DNA of 28,980 nucleotides from a virus. Its lineage: Duplodnaviria > Caudoviricetes. Made by a program: the position numbers and the translations under genes. Positions within the stretch are counted from its first letter, which is position 1. Every line of letters begins with the position of its first letter. This document shows positions 16,150-24,505 of this stretch, piece after piece. The notes beneath the pieces were generated by a model. It made no database searches. It saw nothing but the letters and a program-made list of their open reading frames with translations, and had not been told where the DNA came from. The stretch is from positions 1 through 28,980 of IMG/VR virus record IMGVR_UViG_3300002307_000178; one strand, written 5' to 3'.

Positions 16150-16791
16150 ATGGTTATCAAGACTCACGAAGATATAAAAGTTGGCTCCGTTCATATGTTA
16201 AAGAACGGAAATCGCGCAATCATTCTACACAAGGATGAGATAACGCAATCAATAATTTGCTACGATTTCACGCTCGCCAAGAATGTCACTTATTCCGAAA
16301 AGGAAGTCCAAGATAAGTTTTTTTCCATAGGACTGTGGGATATTGAATGGCCGAAGGAGATGGCATATTGCGATGGTATTGCCAGCGTGACGACGATGGA
16401 GGCCCATGCCAGAATTCTTGGTGATAAAAAAGTTGTAGAAAGCCGAATGGCTCTTGAGCGGGCAGTTGAATCCAGCGAAGACGACGATGGTTTAATTACA
16501 TGCGGAAAGTTAATATGGTCCGCAGAGCATCAGGAATTTGCAAAGCGTATTGAAGTCAGCCGTGGTGATAATTTTCTCAAAATAATGCGCGATACCTATA
16601 ATTCGCTTGGCGATACTATCGACGCTGCTGCTGCCGATACGATTGTTTTGCGTATACCTGTCGCATTCAATTTCTTCTGCGATTATTGGGCGGGCAAAAG
16701 ATACTTAGCTATGTATACTAGATTTTCACTTCTAAAAAACAATGAGCAGGTGAGAATCGAATGGGGAGATAAGAAGGGTGAGGGTTTGTGA
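16150..16791 (+). CDS. Hypothetical protein, 213 aa
   Basis: GGAG RBS; GTGA overlap with next gene. Confidence 0.75.
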   Translation: MVIKTHEDIKVGSVHMLKNGNRAIILHKDEITQSIICYDFTLAKNVTYSEKEVQDKFFSIGLWDIEWPKEMAYCDGIASVTTMEAHARILGDKKVVESRMALERAVESSEDDDGLITCGKLIWSAEHQEFAKRIEVSRGDNFLKIMRDTYNSLGDTIDAAAADTIVLRIPVAFNFFCDYWAGKRYLAMYTRFSLLKNNEQVRIEWGDKKGEGL

Positions 16792-16976
16792 GTTCAAAAT
16801 TCAGGGATATGCTGGAAACACGCATCAGGGAAGAAGCCCTTGAGCGCGGTGATTCATTTATCAATAGCCGCAACGGTGATATACATGAAACCGGTGTGCA
16901 GCGCGGATTCCTCATGGCCCTCAAAGAAGTTTTGAACTGGTCACAGGAAATAGAAAGGAAATTGAATAATGGCTAA
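16788..16976 (+). CDS. Hypothetical helical protein, 62 aa
   Basis: GTG start with GAGGG RBS; small helical gene upstream of GroES. Confidence 0.7.
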   Translation: MSSKFRDMLETRIREEALERGDSFINSRNGDIHETGVQRGFLMALKEVLNWSQEIERKLNNG

Positions 16977-17241
16977 ATATATTGCCAATCCAGTTGAGGT
17001 GGATGCTTTTGTCATCATAGCAATCAGTAACCCTCTTTCAAGAATTCAAGCGCCGGTCGGAGCCAAGATATGCCTGACGCTGGATAATATGGAGGATAAA
17101 TATCCCGATGATGGCATGCTTGCCCGCTATTCGCCCAAGGTTGGAGATTATTGGGTTATCCAGGCTGATGGATATATCTATATTAATCCCAAGGTTGTTT
17201 TTGAAAGAAAATATTCACAAGTAGGAGAATTTCATTCATGA
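16969..17241 (+). CDS. Small phage protein of the P-V-x-V-x-A ... GDYWV...DGY...PKxVFExKY type
   Basis: AAGGA RBS; recognisable motif pattern, function unknown. Confidence 0.75.
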   Translation: MAKYIANPVEVDAFVIIAISNPLSRIQAPVGAKICLTLDNMEDKYPDDGMLARYSPKVGDYWVIQADGYIYINPKVVFERKYSQVGEFHS

Positions 17242-17705
17242 GTGCATTACTGAAAAAGGAACACGAACTCGGATTCTCCAATCGCCGCGAGCGCGACAAT
17301 TACGGAAAGAATATTCACAAGACCACGGAATACGCAGCCAACCCTCATAGGGCTATTCTAGACTTCATCGCACCTTATCTCGATGACATCCATCTATCTG
17401 CAGACAAACTTTTAGTGGCGACCTATCGCCAACCGGAGAAGACGGAAGGCGGAATCCTGCGCACCGATTCAGCGCTTGAAGAGGATAAGTTTCAGGGGGC
17501 TGCCGGATTGGTGCTTAAAGTCGGACCTGCTGCCTTCAAGGACGATGCTTCCGTGACATTCAAGGGATTTGAGGCCAAGGAATTGGACTGGATTACCTAC
17601 CGGCCCGTACATGGATCGGCGCGTGAAATTGCAGGGCTACATTGCAGGTTCCTGCAGGACTTGCACATAGATGCAGTCATCTCAGACCCAACTTTAGTGT
17701 GGTGA
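17238..17705 (+). CDS. groES: GroES/Cpn10-like co-chaperonin
   Basis: DKLLV...EKTEGGIL mobile loop, GLVLKVGP, RFLQDLHIDAVI; N-terminal extension of about 50 aa. Confidence 0.85.
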   Translation: MSALLKKEHELGFSNRRERDNYGKNIHKTTEYAANPHRAILDFIAPYLDDIHLSADKLLVATYRQPEKTEGGILRTDSALEEDKFQGAAGLVLKVGPAAFKDDASVTFKGFEAKELDWITYRPVHGSAREIAGLHCRFLQDLHIDAVISDPTLVW

Positions 17706-17706
17706 T

Positions 17707-17997
17707 ATGCCGAAAGAGAATTTTAGAGACATATTGCTTCCCGGAGTTATGTGCATGGTGGCTGAGATGGAAGCTTGCATAATGGCAGATTTTAATCGAA
17801 TCGCTGATGCTGCCAGTAAATCCGAGAATATGACGGAAAAGAATTGGGCAAGAGTTGGACGTGCAATTCTTAATGAAATTTCCATGTCCTATTTTGGAGT
17901 TCCTGAGAGCATGTCGTGGGGTGATGGCAATAAAAGAGCAAGAACTATGCTTAAAGAAGGAACTATTTTTAATATAAGAAAACGGGAGAATGATTAA
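17707..17997 (+). CDS. Hypothetical protein, 96 aa
   Basis: Tiles exactly between groES and scaffold (TAATG). Confidence 0.7.
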   Translation: MPKENFRDILLPGVMCMVAEMEACIMADFNRIADAASKSENMTEKNWARVGRAILNEISMSYFGVPESMSWGDGNKRARTMLKEGTIFNIRKREND

Positions 17998-19007
17998 TGG
18001 TCGAAATACCGAAAGTCGAAGAAAAGAAGGTTGAATCAGCGCCTGCCGTTATCATGTCGTCTGCTGCAATCAAGCCGGAAGAAATAGAAATAGAGCATGA
18101 GGATGGTGAAGGCACTCCCTCTGTAGTACGCAAACCGAAGGATGATCCTCTTGCCGAACTTCGTGCTAATCAGGAATCCGCTGAAAGAGCGCTGAAAGAG
18201 GAAAAGGAGCGGCGTATTACCGCCGAGCGCGAACGCGATGCTTCCAAGGCGCAGGTGGAAACCGTTAAGACCAACCTTGCAAAGAGCGAGACTGATAAGG
18301 TGGCGGCGCAGGAAGCCGCGATACTTAATCGGGTCGAGAGCGCTAAGGCGGAGCTGGTTAACGCCAAGAATGCGTGGATTGAAGCGGTCGATACAGGGAA
18401 GTCAGCCTCTGTGCAGGCCGACCTGCAGGAGAAGATTGCCGATGCGACCTATAAACTGAATGGCGCAGTTGGCGCGAAGACCCATTTTGACAACTGGAAG
18501 GAAGGCCAGAAGAATAAACCTGTACCCAAGGCTGCGGATGACAATGTATCTCCTGCTGCGAAGGCATGGATTGACTCACATCCACGCTTCAAGACTGATA
18601 CGAAATACCGTCGCGCTGCCGAGAGGGCGCATGAAGACGCGCTGGATGATGGCGTTTCTGCCGACAGCGATGAGTATTTTAAGCGTATCAATGCTGCCAT
18701 AGCGCCATTTGAGGGTGGAGAGCCTGCGGCAACACCTGCTCCGGCCAGAAAACAGGCATCGGCAACGTCTACTGCCGCGCCTCCGAGCAATGATTCCGCT
18801 GCGGCAGGTGCCAGTGGAGGTAATGCAGCGTCTGAACGGCGTGAAGGACGTAAAACCTTCAAGCTGGACGGCGCCATGCGCGAGATGGCTATCAAAACTT
18901 ATGGAAAGAATTCATCTTTCAAGCTTTCTGACGACGAAGCATACAAGAAATATGCTGCCCGTCAGTTGGAAATCAGGGAAAAACGCGCAAATGGTGAAAG
19001 GATTTAG
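17997..19007 (+). CDS. Putative head scaffolding protein
   Basis: Charged coiled coil, AKAWIDSHPRF...SDEYFKRI motif, basic C-terminal helix; between portal and capsid. Confidence 0.75.
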   Translation: MVEIPKVEEKKVESAPAVIMSSAAIKPEEIEIEHEDGEGTPSVVRKPKDDPLAELRANQESAERALKEEKERRITAERERDASKAQVETVKTNLAKSETDKVAAQEAAILNRVESAKAELVNAKNAWIEAVDTGKSASVQADLQEKIADATYKLNGAVGAKTHFDNWKEGQKNKPVPKAADDNVSPAAKAWIDSHPRFKTDTKYRRAAERAHEDALDDGVSADSDEYFKRINAAIAPFEGGEPAATPAPARKQASATSTAAPPSNDSAAAGASGGNAASERREGRKTFKLDGAMREMAIKTYGKNSSFKLSDDEAYKKYAARQLEIREKRANGERI

Positions 19008-19009
19008 TT

Positions 19010-19615
19010 ATGGTTGAAGTTCCGGCACAGACACAGGTAAAGCCTTGGGATGCTACTGCTCTGCAGAAGCCAGAGGCGATGGCAGTTCATAGAGAGGCTG
19101 CCGAAGCATCTCCCTTTGAGGTGAAATCGACTGCTTCAGTTCCTCGCAAGGCAATTTCACTTGCCGATTTTCAGGATGTAAAGCGCGATGTCGATGAAGC
19201 CAAGGACCATCTCTATATTCCAAAGCATCTGAAGCCTGATGGCATTGCAATCGAGTGGAAGCGATACTCTGTCTTCAATAAAGAGGACAAAAAGCATCGA
19301 ATGGAGGTTTACCGCGCTGGCTGGCGTGAACTTCCAAGTAATTCCGCTGGCTTCGCAGAGCATTTTGCCGCTTTTGTTACCGGTAGTATCTTTGAATACG
19401 AAGGCTTGGTGCTTATGTACCGTCCGCAGACCATGAGCGATGCGGCAAAGAAGGAAGAGGCGCGAAAGGCCGGTTCTCTTGTGCAGGACAAGATGGAGGA
19501 GATGGGTATGGCTTCACCCAACAAGGATATTCCTGCAAAACGCTTCCAGTTGGAGCGTGGTTTTGAGGAAAAGTTACCCGGTGGCAATCCTGCTGCCGTG
19601 GCAGTTCCGGAGTAA
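19010..19615 (+). CDS. Head-module protein of unknown function
   Basis: LYIP...PDG..EWKR...GW...GLVLMYRP; directly after scaffold with AAGGA RBS. Confidence 0.75.
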   Translation: MVEVPAQTQVKPWDATALQKPEAMAVHREAAEASPFEVKSTASVPRKAISLADFQDVKRDVDEAKDHLYIPKHLKPDGIAIEWKRYSVFNKEDKKHRMEVYRAGWRELPSNSAGFAEHFAAFVTGSIFEYEGLVLMYRPQTMSDAAKKEEARKAGSLVQDKMEEMGMASPNKDIPAKRFQLERGFEEKLPGGNPAAVAVPE

Positions 19616-19618
19616 TAT

Positions 19619-19879
19619 ATGGGATTTGTCATATCGCGTGATACAGGCGACGGGAAGCCACCTCTTTTCATGAAGAACAGCGTGAATGTCTTCGGTGACT
19701 TACCTTCAGCCTTTAATTTTCCGACCGAAGCGCTGGCTCACAAGATGATTGACGACAATTACGATGTGCTTTCGGACTGCATCATCCTGCCGAACGATGA
19801 AACGCTGCTTTCTGTCACCAATGAGCGTTCCAATGAAGAACTCAGCGGAATGAAGATTAACACCGACCATTTACCATAA
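19619..19879 (+). CDS. Hypothetical protein, 86 aa
   Basis: GGAG RBS; tiles. Confidence 0.7.
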   Translation: MGFVISRDTGDGKPPLFMKNSVNVFGDLPSAFNFPTEALAHKMIDDNYDVLSDCIILPNDETLLSVTNERSNEELSGMKINTDHLP

Positions 19880-19890
19880 GGAGAAACGCC

Positions 19891-20163
19891 ATGACTTCTG
19901 ATTTCCTGACTGAACTGAAGAATGAGGAGCTTGCGATTGTCGCAGGTCCTCTGGAAGACTTCCTTGTAAGTTTGCAATCGCCCGATGTGAATTATTTATC
20001 AGTTCTTCATGCGGCAAAGAACCTTCAGCTTAAGGTTCTCATGCTTGACGGACCTGCGCAATCAGTGTTCATTAACTTGATTGCTACGTCACTTCAGGCT
20101 AAACTGAAAAGCATACTTACTCCTCCGGCGACTCCTCCAGTGACTCCTCCTCCAGCGGCGTAA
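19891..20163 (+). CDS. Hypothetical amphipathic protein with Pro/Thr tail
   Basis: TAAGGAG RBS; ends TPPATPPVTPPPAA. Confidence 0.8.
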   Translation: MTSDFLTELKNEELAIVAGPLEDFLVSLQSPDVNYLSVLHAAKNLQLKVLMLDGPAQSVFINLIATSLQAKLKSILTPPATPPVTPPPAA

Positions 20164-20190
20164 GTATGTAACCCTTCTAAGGGGATTTTT

Positions 20191-20481
20191 ATGAACTTCT
20201 TTAACCCATTTAAGAGAATATGGAGATTTCTTATGACCTTTGAAGACCAGATGTTGGCAACGCTCAACAACACCAGCACGATTCTCACGAATCAGGCTGC
20301 GATTCTCACTGCCATTCAGAGCATTCCCGGAGCCAATACTGCGGCAATCACGAGTGCTTTGGCGGCAATCTCGGCTCAGACTACTGACATCGATACGCAG
20401 ATCACTAATATCAGCGCTCAGTTTCAGCCGACTCCGACTCCCACTCCTGCCCCCACTCCGGCTCCTACTCCGGCGCCGTAA
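20191..20481 (+). CDS. Coiled-coil protein with (PT/PA)n tail; second possible start at 20233
   Basis: AAGGGG before 20191 and GGAG before 20233; Ile/Leu heptads; 6-nt degenerate repeat 20428-20478. Confidence 0.75.
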   Translation: MNFFNPFKRIWRFLMTFEDQMLATLNNTSTILTNQAAILTAIQSIPGANTAAITSALAAISAQTTDIDTQITNISAQFQPTPTPTPAPTPAPTPAP

Positions 20482-20597
20482 TGCGCTTCGCTCTCTTCAC
20501 CCTCCTGCTCATCCTTTCCGGATGCGCAGTGCAGGGTGTCGAGTGCATTGACAGAAATGTTCCTTGTGTGGTGACATTTTCATATGACTTCGCATAG
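20481..20597 (+). CDS. Small lipoprotein, 38 aa (MRFALFTLLLILSGC...)
   Basis: Translated by hand; TAATG coupling; signal peptide with LSGC lipobox. Confidence 0.7.
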   Translation: MRFALFTLLLILSGCAVQGVECIDRNVPCVVTFSYDFA

Positions 20598-21228
20598 CGA
20601 TTTAAACGCCGCACTTCTCTGCCAGATACTTTACGACCGCCCATCCTATTTCGACAGGATTATCGATATCGGCGGCGTATATGCAGGCTTCAAGCTTATC
20701 TCAGGTATTCCAACTTTTGTCTTTCGTGGCAGCACTACTGCACAGGACTGGTTACGTGATTTGGAAAGCATAGAGATTGCGCAGCATCCTGCACTTGGTC
20801 CTGTTGGCAAGGGATTCGTGCGCGGGATAGATGAGGTGTTTGAATTCATCCAGCGCAATATAACACTTCCTGACGAAATTATTCACTTCTATGGACACAG
20901 CCTTGGCGGTCCTCACGCTGCATATATGGCCGGATTATTTATCAGTGCCGGATATAAGGCGGAACTTGTGATGTTTGAACCCGCACGTTCTTGCGGGCAG
21001 AAGATGATGGCGATATTGACAGGCCATAATGTGCGTTGCTATCGAAATGGCGACGATCCGGTGCCGATTGTACCTCTCGGCCTTTATCATCCCTCTGCGC
21101 TTATTCAACTTGATTGTGATGCGGTTCCCGGCGATATAACTCCGCTGAAACGCCATCATATGCCGCTTATAATCACGGCAATAGCGCTGCGAGAAAATGG
21201 ATTTTATGACAGCACTCTTTCGACCTGA
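20584..21228 (+). CDS. Class 3 lipase (alpha/beta hydrolase)
   Basis: VFRGS, DWLRDL lid, GHSLGG nucleophile elbow, DPVP Asp, C-terminal HHM His. Confidence 0.92.
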   Translation: MTSHSDLNAALLCQILYDRPSYFDRIIDIGGVYAGFKLISGIPTFVFRGSTTAQDWLRDLESIEIAQHPALGPVGKGFVRGIDEVFEFIQRNITLPDEIIHFYGHSLGGPHAAYMAGLFISAGYKAELVMFEPARSCGQKMMAILTGHNVRCYRNGDDPVPIVPLGLYHPSALIQLDCDAVPGDITPLKRHHMPLIITAIALRENGFYDSTLST

Positions 21229-21239
21229 TGCAATTGTGT

Positions 21240-21267
21240 TTGCAAATCAGTAATAAAGTGTTATTAT
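21240..21267 (+). promoter_or_regulatory. Putative capsid-operon promoter TTGCAA-N16-TATTAT (extended TG)
   Basis: In AT-rich gap about 100 nt upstream of ATG 21366. Confidence 0.55.
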
Positions 21268-21365
21268 ATGAATATTGAAGTTCCTTTGGGCGCCCCAAAG
21301 GGTAGTTAAAACGAGTAAATCTTCCGCGCCGGAATGTATTGCTCATCTCTCTCGGATACAGAGAC

Positions 21366-21989
21366 ATGGCACAGAACACATTCGCGCCTAACGGATTTAG
21401 CTTCATCCGTAACAATCTCAGTGCAGCCCCGACCTATCAGACCACGCTTGCGGAGATTTCTTCCGCAAATGCCAATTCGTTTGGCAAGGGCGATGTGGTC
21501 AAGCTGCTCTCCACCGGATTCATTGACCGTGCGCTGACGACCGATACTTCTTTCTTCGGCATCATCGATTGGGTCGAATATTATGACACAGTGCAGCAGA
21601 AGAAGATTCGCTCACTGGCATGGCAGGCCCCTGGTACTGCGCTGGCAACCAGCATTTATGCCTCAGTCATTACTGACACTCAGGCGGTATTCTCGGTTCA
21701 GGGCGGTGCAACCAACACCGGCCCGTTTGTTCAGTCCAATGTCGGACTTAACGTCAATTTTGGCGGCAATGCGGCTCCGAATACCACGACCGGACTCAGC
21801 ACGGCCTATGCCGACTTTGCGACGGTATCCACCGCAAGCACCTATCCTTTCCGTATTCTTGGCCTTGGATACAACAACTATCTGGGTCCCATCGGGAATC
21901 TTGGCTACGACAATACGATTGCGAACAACATCATCGAAGTCATGGCGAATCCCACCGCTTGGTTGGGCACTAGCGCAACCGGCATATAA
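21366..21989 (+). CDS. Putative capsid accessory (cement/decoration-like) protein
   Basis: 207 aa, Thr/Ala/Gly/Asn-rich beta protein immediately upstream of the major capsid gene; APNGFS...GDVV pattern. Confidence 0.65.
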   Translation: MAQNTFAPNGFSFIRNNLSAAPTYQTTLAEISSANANSFGKGDVVKLLSTGFIDRALTTDTSFFGIIDWVEYYDTVQQKKIRSLAWQAPGTALATSIYASVITDTQAVFSVQGGATNTGPFVQSNVGLNVNFGGNAAPNTTTGLSTAYADFATVSTASTYPFRILGLGYNNYLGPIGNLGYDNTIANNIIEVMANPTAWLGTSATGI

Positions 21990-22001
21990 GGGAGTTAAAA
22001 A

Positions 22002-22910
22002 ATGGCTATTTCACTTGCCTATATTAAAGACCTTCTCCTGCCGGGCGTCATGGAACTCCCCGGTATGTACGAGCAGATTCCCATGCAGTGGTCGAAATAC
22101 TACAGCAAGAGTACATCGCAGATGGCGGTCGAGCGCTCGGTTTCGATGCGCTATGTCGGCCTGCCGTATATCAAGGCTGAGGGTCAGGCAACCACCTTCG
22201 ATAACAACTCCGGTCAGCGTTACGTCTATACGCAGGAGCATATCGAAATAGCCCTTGGATACGCTCTTACCCGTAAATCCATCGATGATAACCTGTACAA
22301 GACTGCTTTCGACCCGATGAACCTCGGCCTTCTGGAATCCTTCCAGCAAGGTCAGGAAATCCTCGCGGCGAACGTGCTGAATACCGCAACGGTCTATAAC
22401 ACGCAGATTGGTGGTGACGGCGTATCGCTCATCAATACGGCGCATCCTGTCGATGGAGGCACGGTAGCCAATCAGCCGACGACCGATGTGGACCTGAATG
22501 AAACATCGCTTTATAACGCTCTCATTGCGATTCGTGCTTTCCGCAATAATGCCAATCTGAAAATCTTCGCTCGCGGTCGTAAGCTTCTGGTTCCGCCCTC
22601 GCTTGAATATGTGGCATCGCGCCTCACCAAGACCGAACTTCGTCCCGGTACTGCCGATAACGATGTGAATGCCCTTATTGCCACCGGCCAGTTGCCGGAA
22701 GGCTATGAGGTCCTAGACTTCCTTACCTCGCTGTATGGATGGTATGTCCTCACCAATATCAAGGGGCTTATCTATCTTGAGCGTATTCCGTTTGAGACTA
22801 CGATCTGGACGGACGATACGACCGATAATGTGCTGGTAAAGGGCTATCAGCGTTATTCGTTCGGCTATAACGATTGGCGCGCACTTTGGGGAACCCAGCC
22901 GCTGCTCTAA
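22002..22910 (+). CDS. Major capsid protein (HK97 fold expected)
   Basis: 302 aa; LLPG, KAEG, HIEIALG...DNLY, GGDGVSL...HP, LLVPPSL, RYSFGYNDWR motifs; AGGGAG RBS. Confidence 0.9.
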   Translation: MAISLAYIKDLLLPGVMELPGMYEQIPMQWSKYYSKSTSQMAVERSVSMRYVGLPYIKAEGQATTFDNNSGQRYVYTQEHIEIALGYALTRKSIDDNLYKTAFDPMNLGLLESFQQGQEILAANVLNTATVYNTQIGGDGVSLINTAHPVDGGTVANQPTTDVDLNETSLYNALIAIRAFRNNANLKIFARGRKLLVPPSLEYVASRLTKTELRPGTADNDVNALIATGQLPEGYEVLDFLTSLYGWYVLTNIKGLIYLERIPFETTIWTDDTTDNVLVKGYQRYSFGYNDWRALWGTQPLL

Positions 22911-22930
22911 TTTTTAACAGGGATTAAGCC

Positions 22931-24145
22931 ATGTCAGGCACAGTAGTTTCAGGTCCGATTATTACCGCTGGCAACATGCTTGATGCCATTTCTGCGTCCG
23001 CGCAGAACACCGATCCGGTGGCAGGACCGAATCTTTCCTATAATGGCGATGGATTCCCTGATGTTCGCTATTATCCGATGCCGAAGGATGCTCTTGATAA
23101 TCCGGGTGTCGTTTATGCGTTTCAGGACACACCTGAGATTACTGCGGTAAACGCGATTCCTTCGACTGCCGGTACGTCTGGTGGACCGGCGAATGTCGCA
23201 AGCCCTCAGCCTGCCATAAGCGGCGTGGCGATGTCGCTGACTACTGGCGATTCTGTTGGTGTATCGCGCAATGTTCCCTATCAGAATTTTGCCACCAAGG
23301 CGCTTACGACCGGGGCAGTTCTTCTCGACCTCGGAATTGAAACCCCTAGCGTCACTTCTGCAAGCAAGACGGTGACTGTTATTGATAGCTCAGTATATCG
23401 TGTCGGTCAGCCGGTTATCATCACTCAGGCTGGAAATGCAGCAGGTACTGCACCACTCTTTACCTATGTCACTGCGCTTCCTACTGCAACGACCATCACT
23501 ATTGCCGATGCGGCGCTTGCGACCAATTCCACGACCTGCCGTATCTGTTCTGGCCTCCCCGGCTGGGCCAATACGACTGGAGCCGGGCCAATTCGCCCCA
23601 CCTTCTACGCGCCATATATTGCAGGTGGTGCCGGACTCTTTTTTGACGCTACTCAGGCTATTGAGCGCGGCGTATCCATTGTTGGTACGGTTGCTGCAAC
23701 CGGAGGTACGTTTACCATCAAGGGTGCCGATATTTATGGTCAGACTCAAAGCGAGGTTGTCACTCTGATTTCTGGCGCCAGCACTGCGAAGTCGGTAAAG
23801 GCGTATAAGGTCATCAATTCGGTCACTCCCGGCTTTGCGGACAGCACTCACACCTATTCCGTGGTTACGCAGGACCTGTTCGGATTCCCGCTGCGCAACG
23901 ACTTCTGGGAGAATCTTGACATCTATTTCGGCCAGACCTTCATCACCTCTTCTACCGGATGGACGAAGGGTGACAGGACATCTCCTGCGACTACCAGCAC
24001 TGGCGACCCACGTGGCACTTATTCCCTGCAGACTGCATCGCAGGGTGCAAATCGCCTCATGATATTCCAGACTCTTCCATTCCAGAATCTGGTGCGCGCC
24101 AGCGCTCAGAATCCCACGTTCCTTTACGGCGTAACCCCGGTATAG
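22931..24145 (+). CDS. Thr/Ser/Gly/Ala-rich virion structural protein (capsid fibre/decoration-like)
   Basis: Directly after capsid; beta-rich composition. Confidence 0.65.
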   Translation: MSGTVVSGPIITAGNMLDAISASAQNTDPVAGPNLSYNGDGFPDVRYYPMPKDALDNPGVVYAFQDTPEITAVNAIPSTAGTSGGPANVASPQPAISGVAMSLTTGDSVGVSRNVPYQNFATKALTTGAVLLDLGIETPSVTSASKTVTVIDSSVYRVGQPVIITQAGNAAGTAPLFTYVTALPTATTITIADAALATNSTTCRICSGLPGWANTTGAGPIRPTFYAPYIAGGAGLFFDATQAIERGVSIVGTVAATGGTFTIKGADIYGQTQSEVVTLISGASTAKSVKAYKVINSVTPGFADSTHTYSVVTQDLFGFPLRNDFWENLDIYFGQTFITSSTGWTKGDRTSPATTSTGDPRGTYSLQTASQGANRLMIFQTLPFQNLVRASAQNPTFLYGVTPV

Positions 24146-24156
24146 GAGGTTCCGCT

Positions 24157-24504
24157 ATGATCCCACAAGTTACTAGCCAGAGTCTCACATCAGGGGCAAG
24201 CAAGCCTGTCGTTTACGACATCTTCCATGATCCGTTTAATGTGAGCCTATTCTGTGTAGCAACCGGCACGGTGAATTATACGGTACAGCATACCGGTGAC
24301 GATATTATTAATATCGGTGCAGCAGCCTGCACATGGTTCAACCATGATAATTCAAATTTGGTGAATGCAACGACTAACCAGAATGACAATTTTGCCTTTC
24401 CGGTTACAGCGTCCCGCGTCTTTCTGAATTCTCTCGGAACAAATGCTGGAAATATGGTGAAGATGACATCAATTCAGGCAGGCAGTGCGGGAGGGCCATC
24501 ATGA
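24157..24504 (+). CDS. Small putative virion protein, 115 aa
   Basis: AGGAGG RBS; beta-sandwich-like YTVQHTGDD...WFNH pattern. Confidence 0.7.
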   Translation: MIPQVTSQSLTSGASKPVVYDIFHDPFNVSLFCVATGTVNYTVQHTGDDIINIGAAACTWFNHDNSNLVNATTNQNDNFAFPVTASRVFLNSLGTNAGNMVKMTSIQAGSAGGPS

Positions 24505-24505
24505 T

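Noticed and set aside
20428-20478. Tandem repeat as CRISPR or VNTR element
   Set aside because: Degenerate 6-nt codon repeat encoding PT/PA; no spacers. No CRISPR array seen anywhere in the window
21583-22251. 222-aa alternate-frame ORF across the capsid genes
   Set aside because: Arg/Pro/Ser-rich frame shadow caused by codon bias; no RBS
22914-22927. CtrA box (TTAA-N7-TTAA)
   Set aside because: Spacing is N6; host assignment cannot be supported from this
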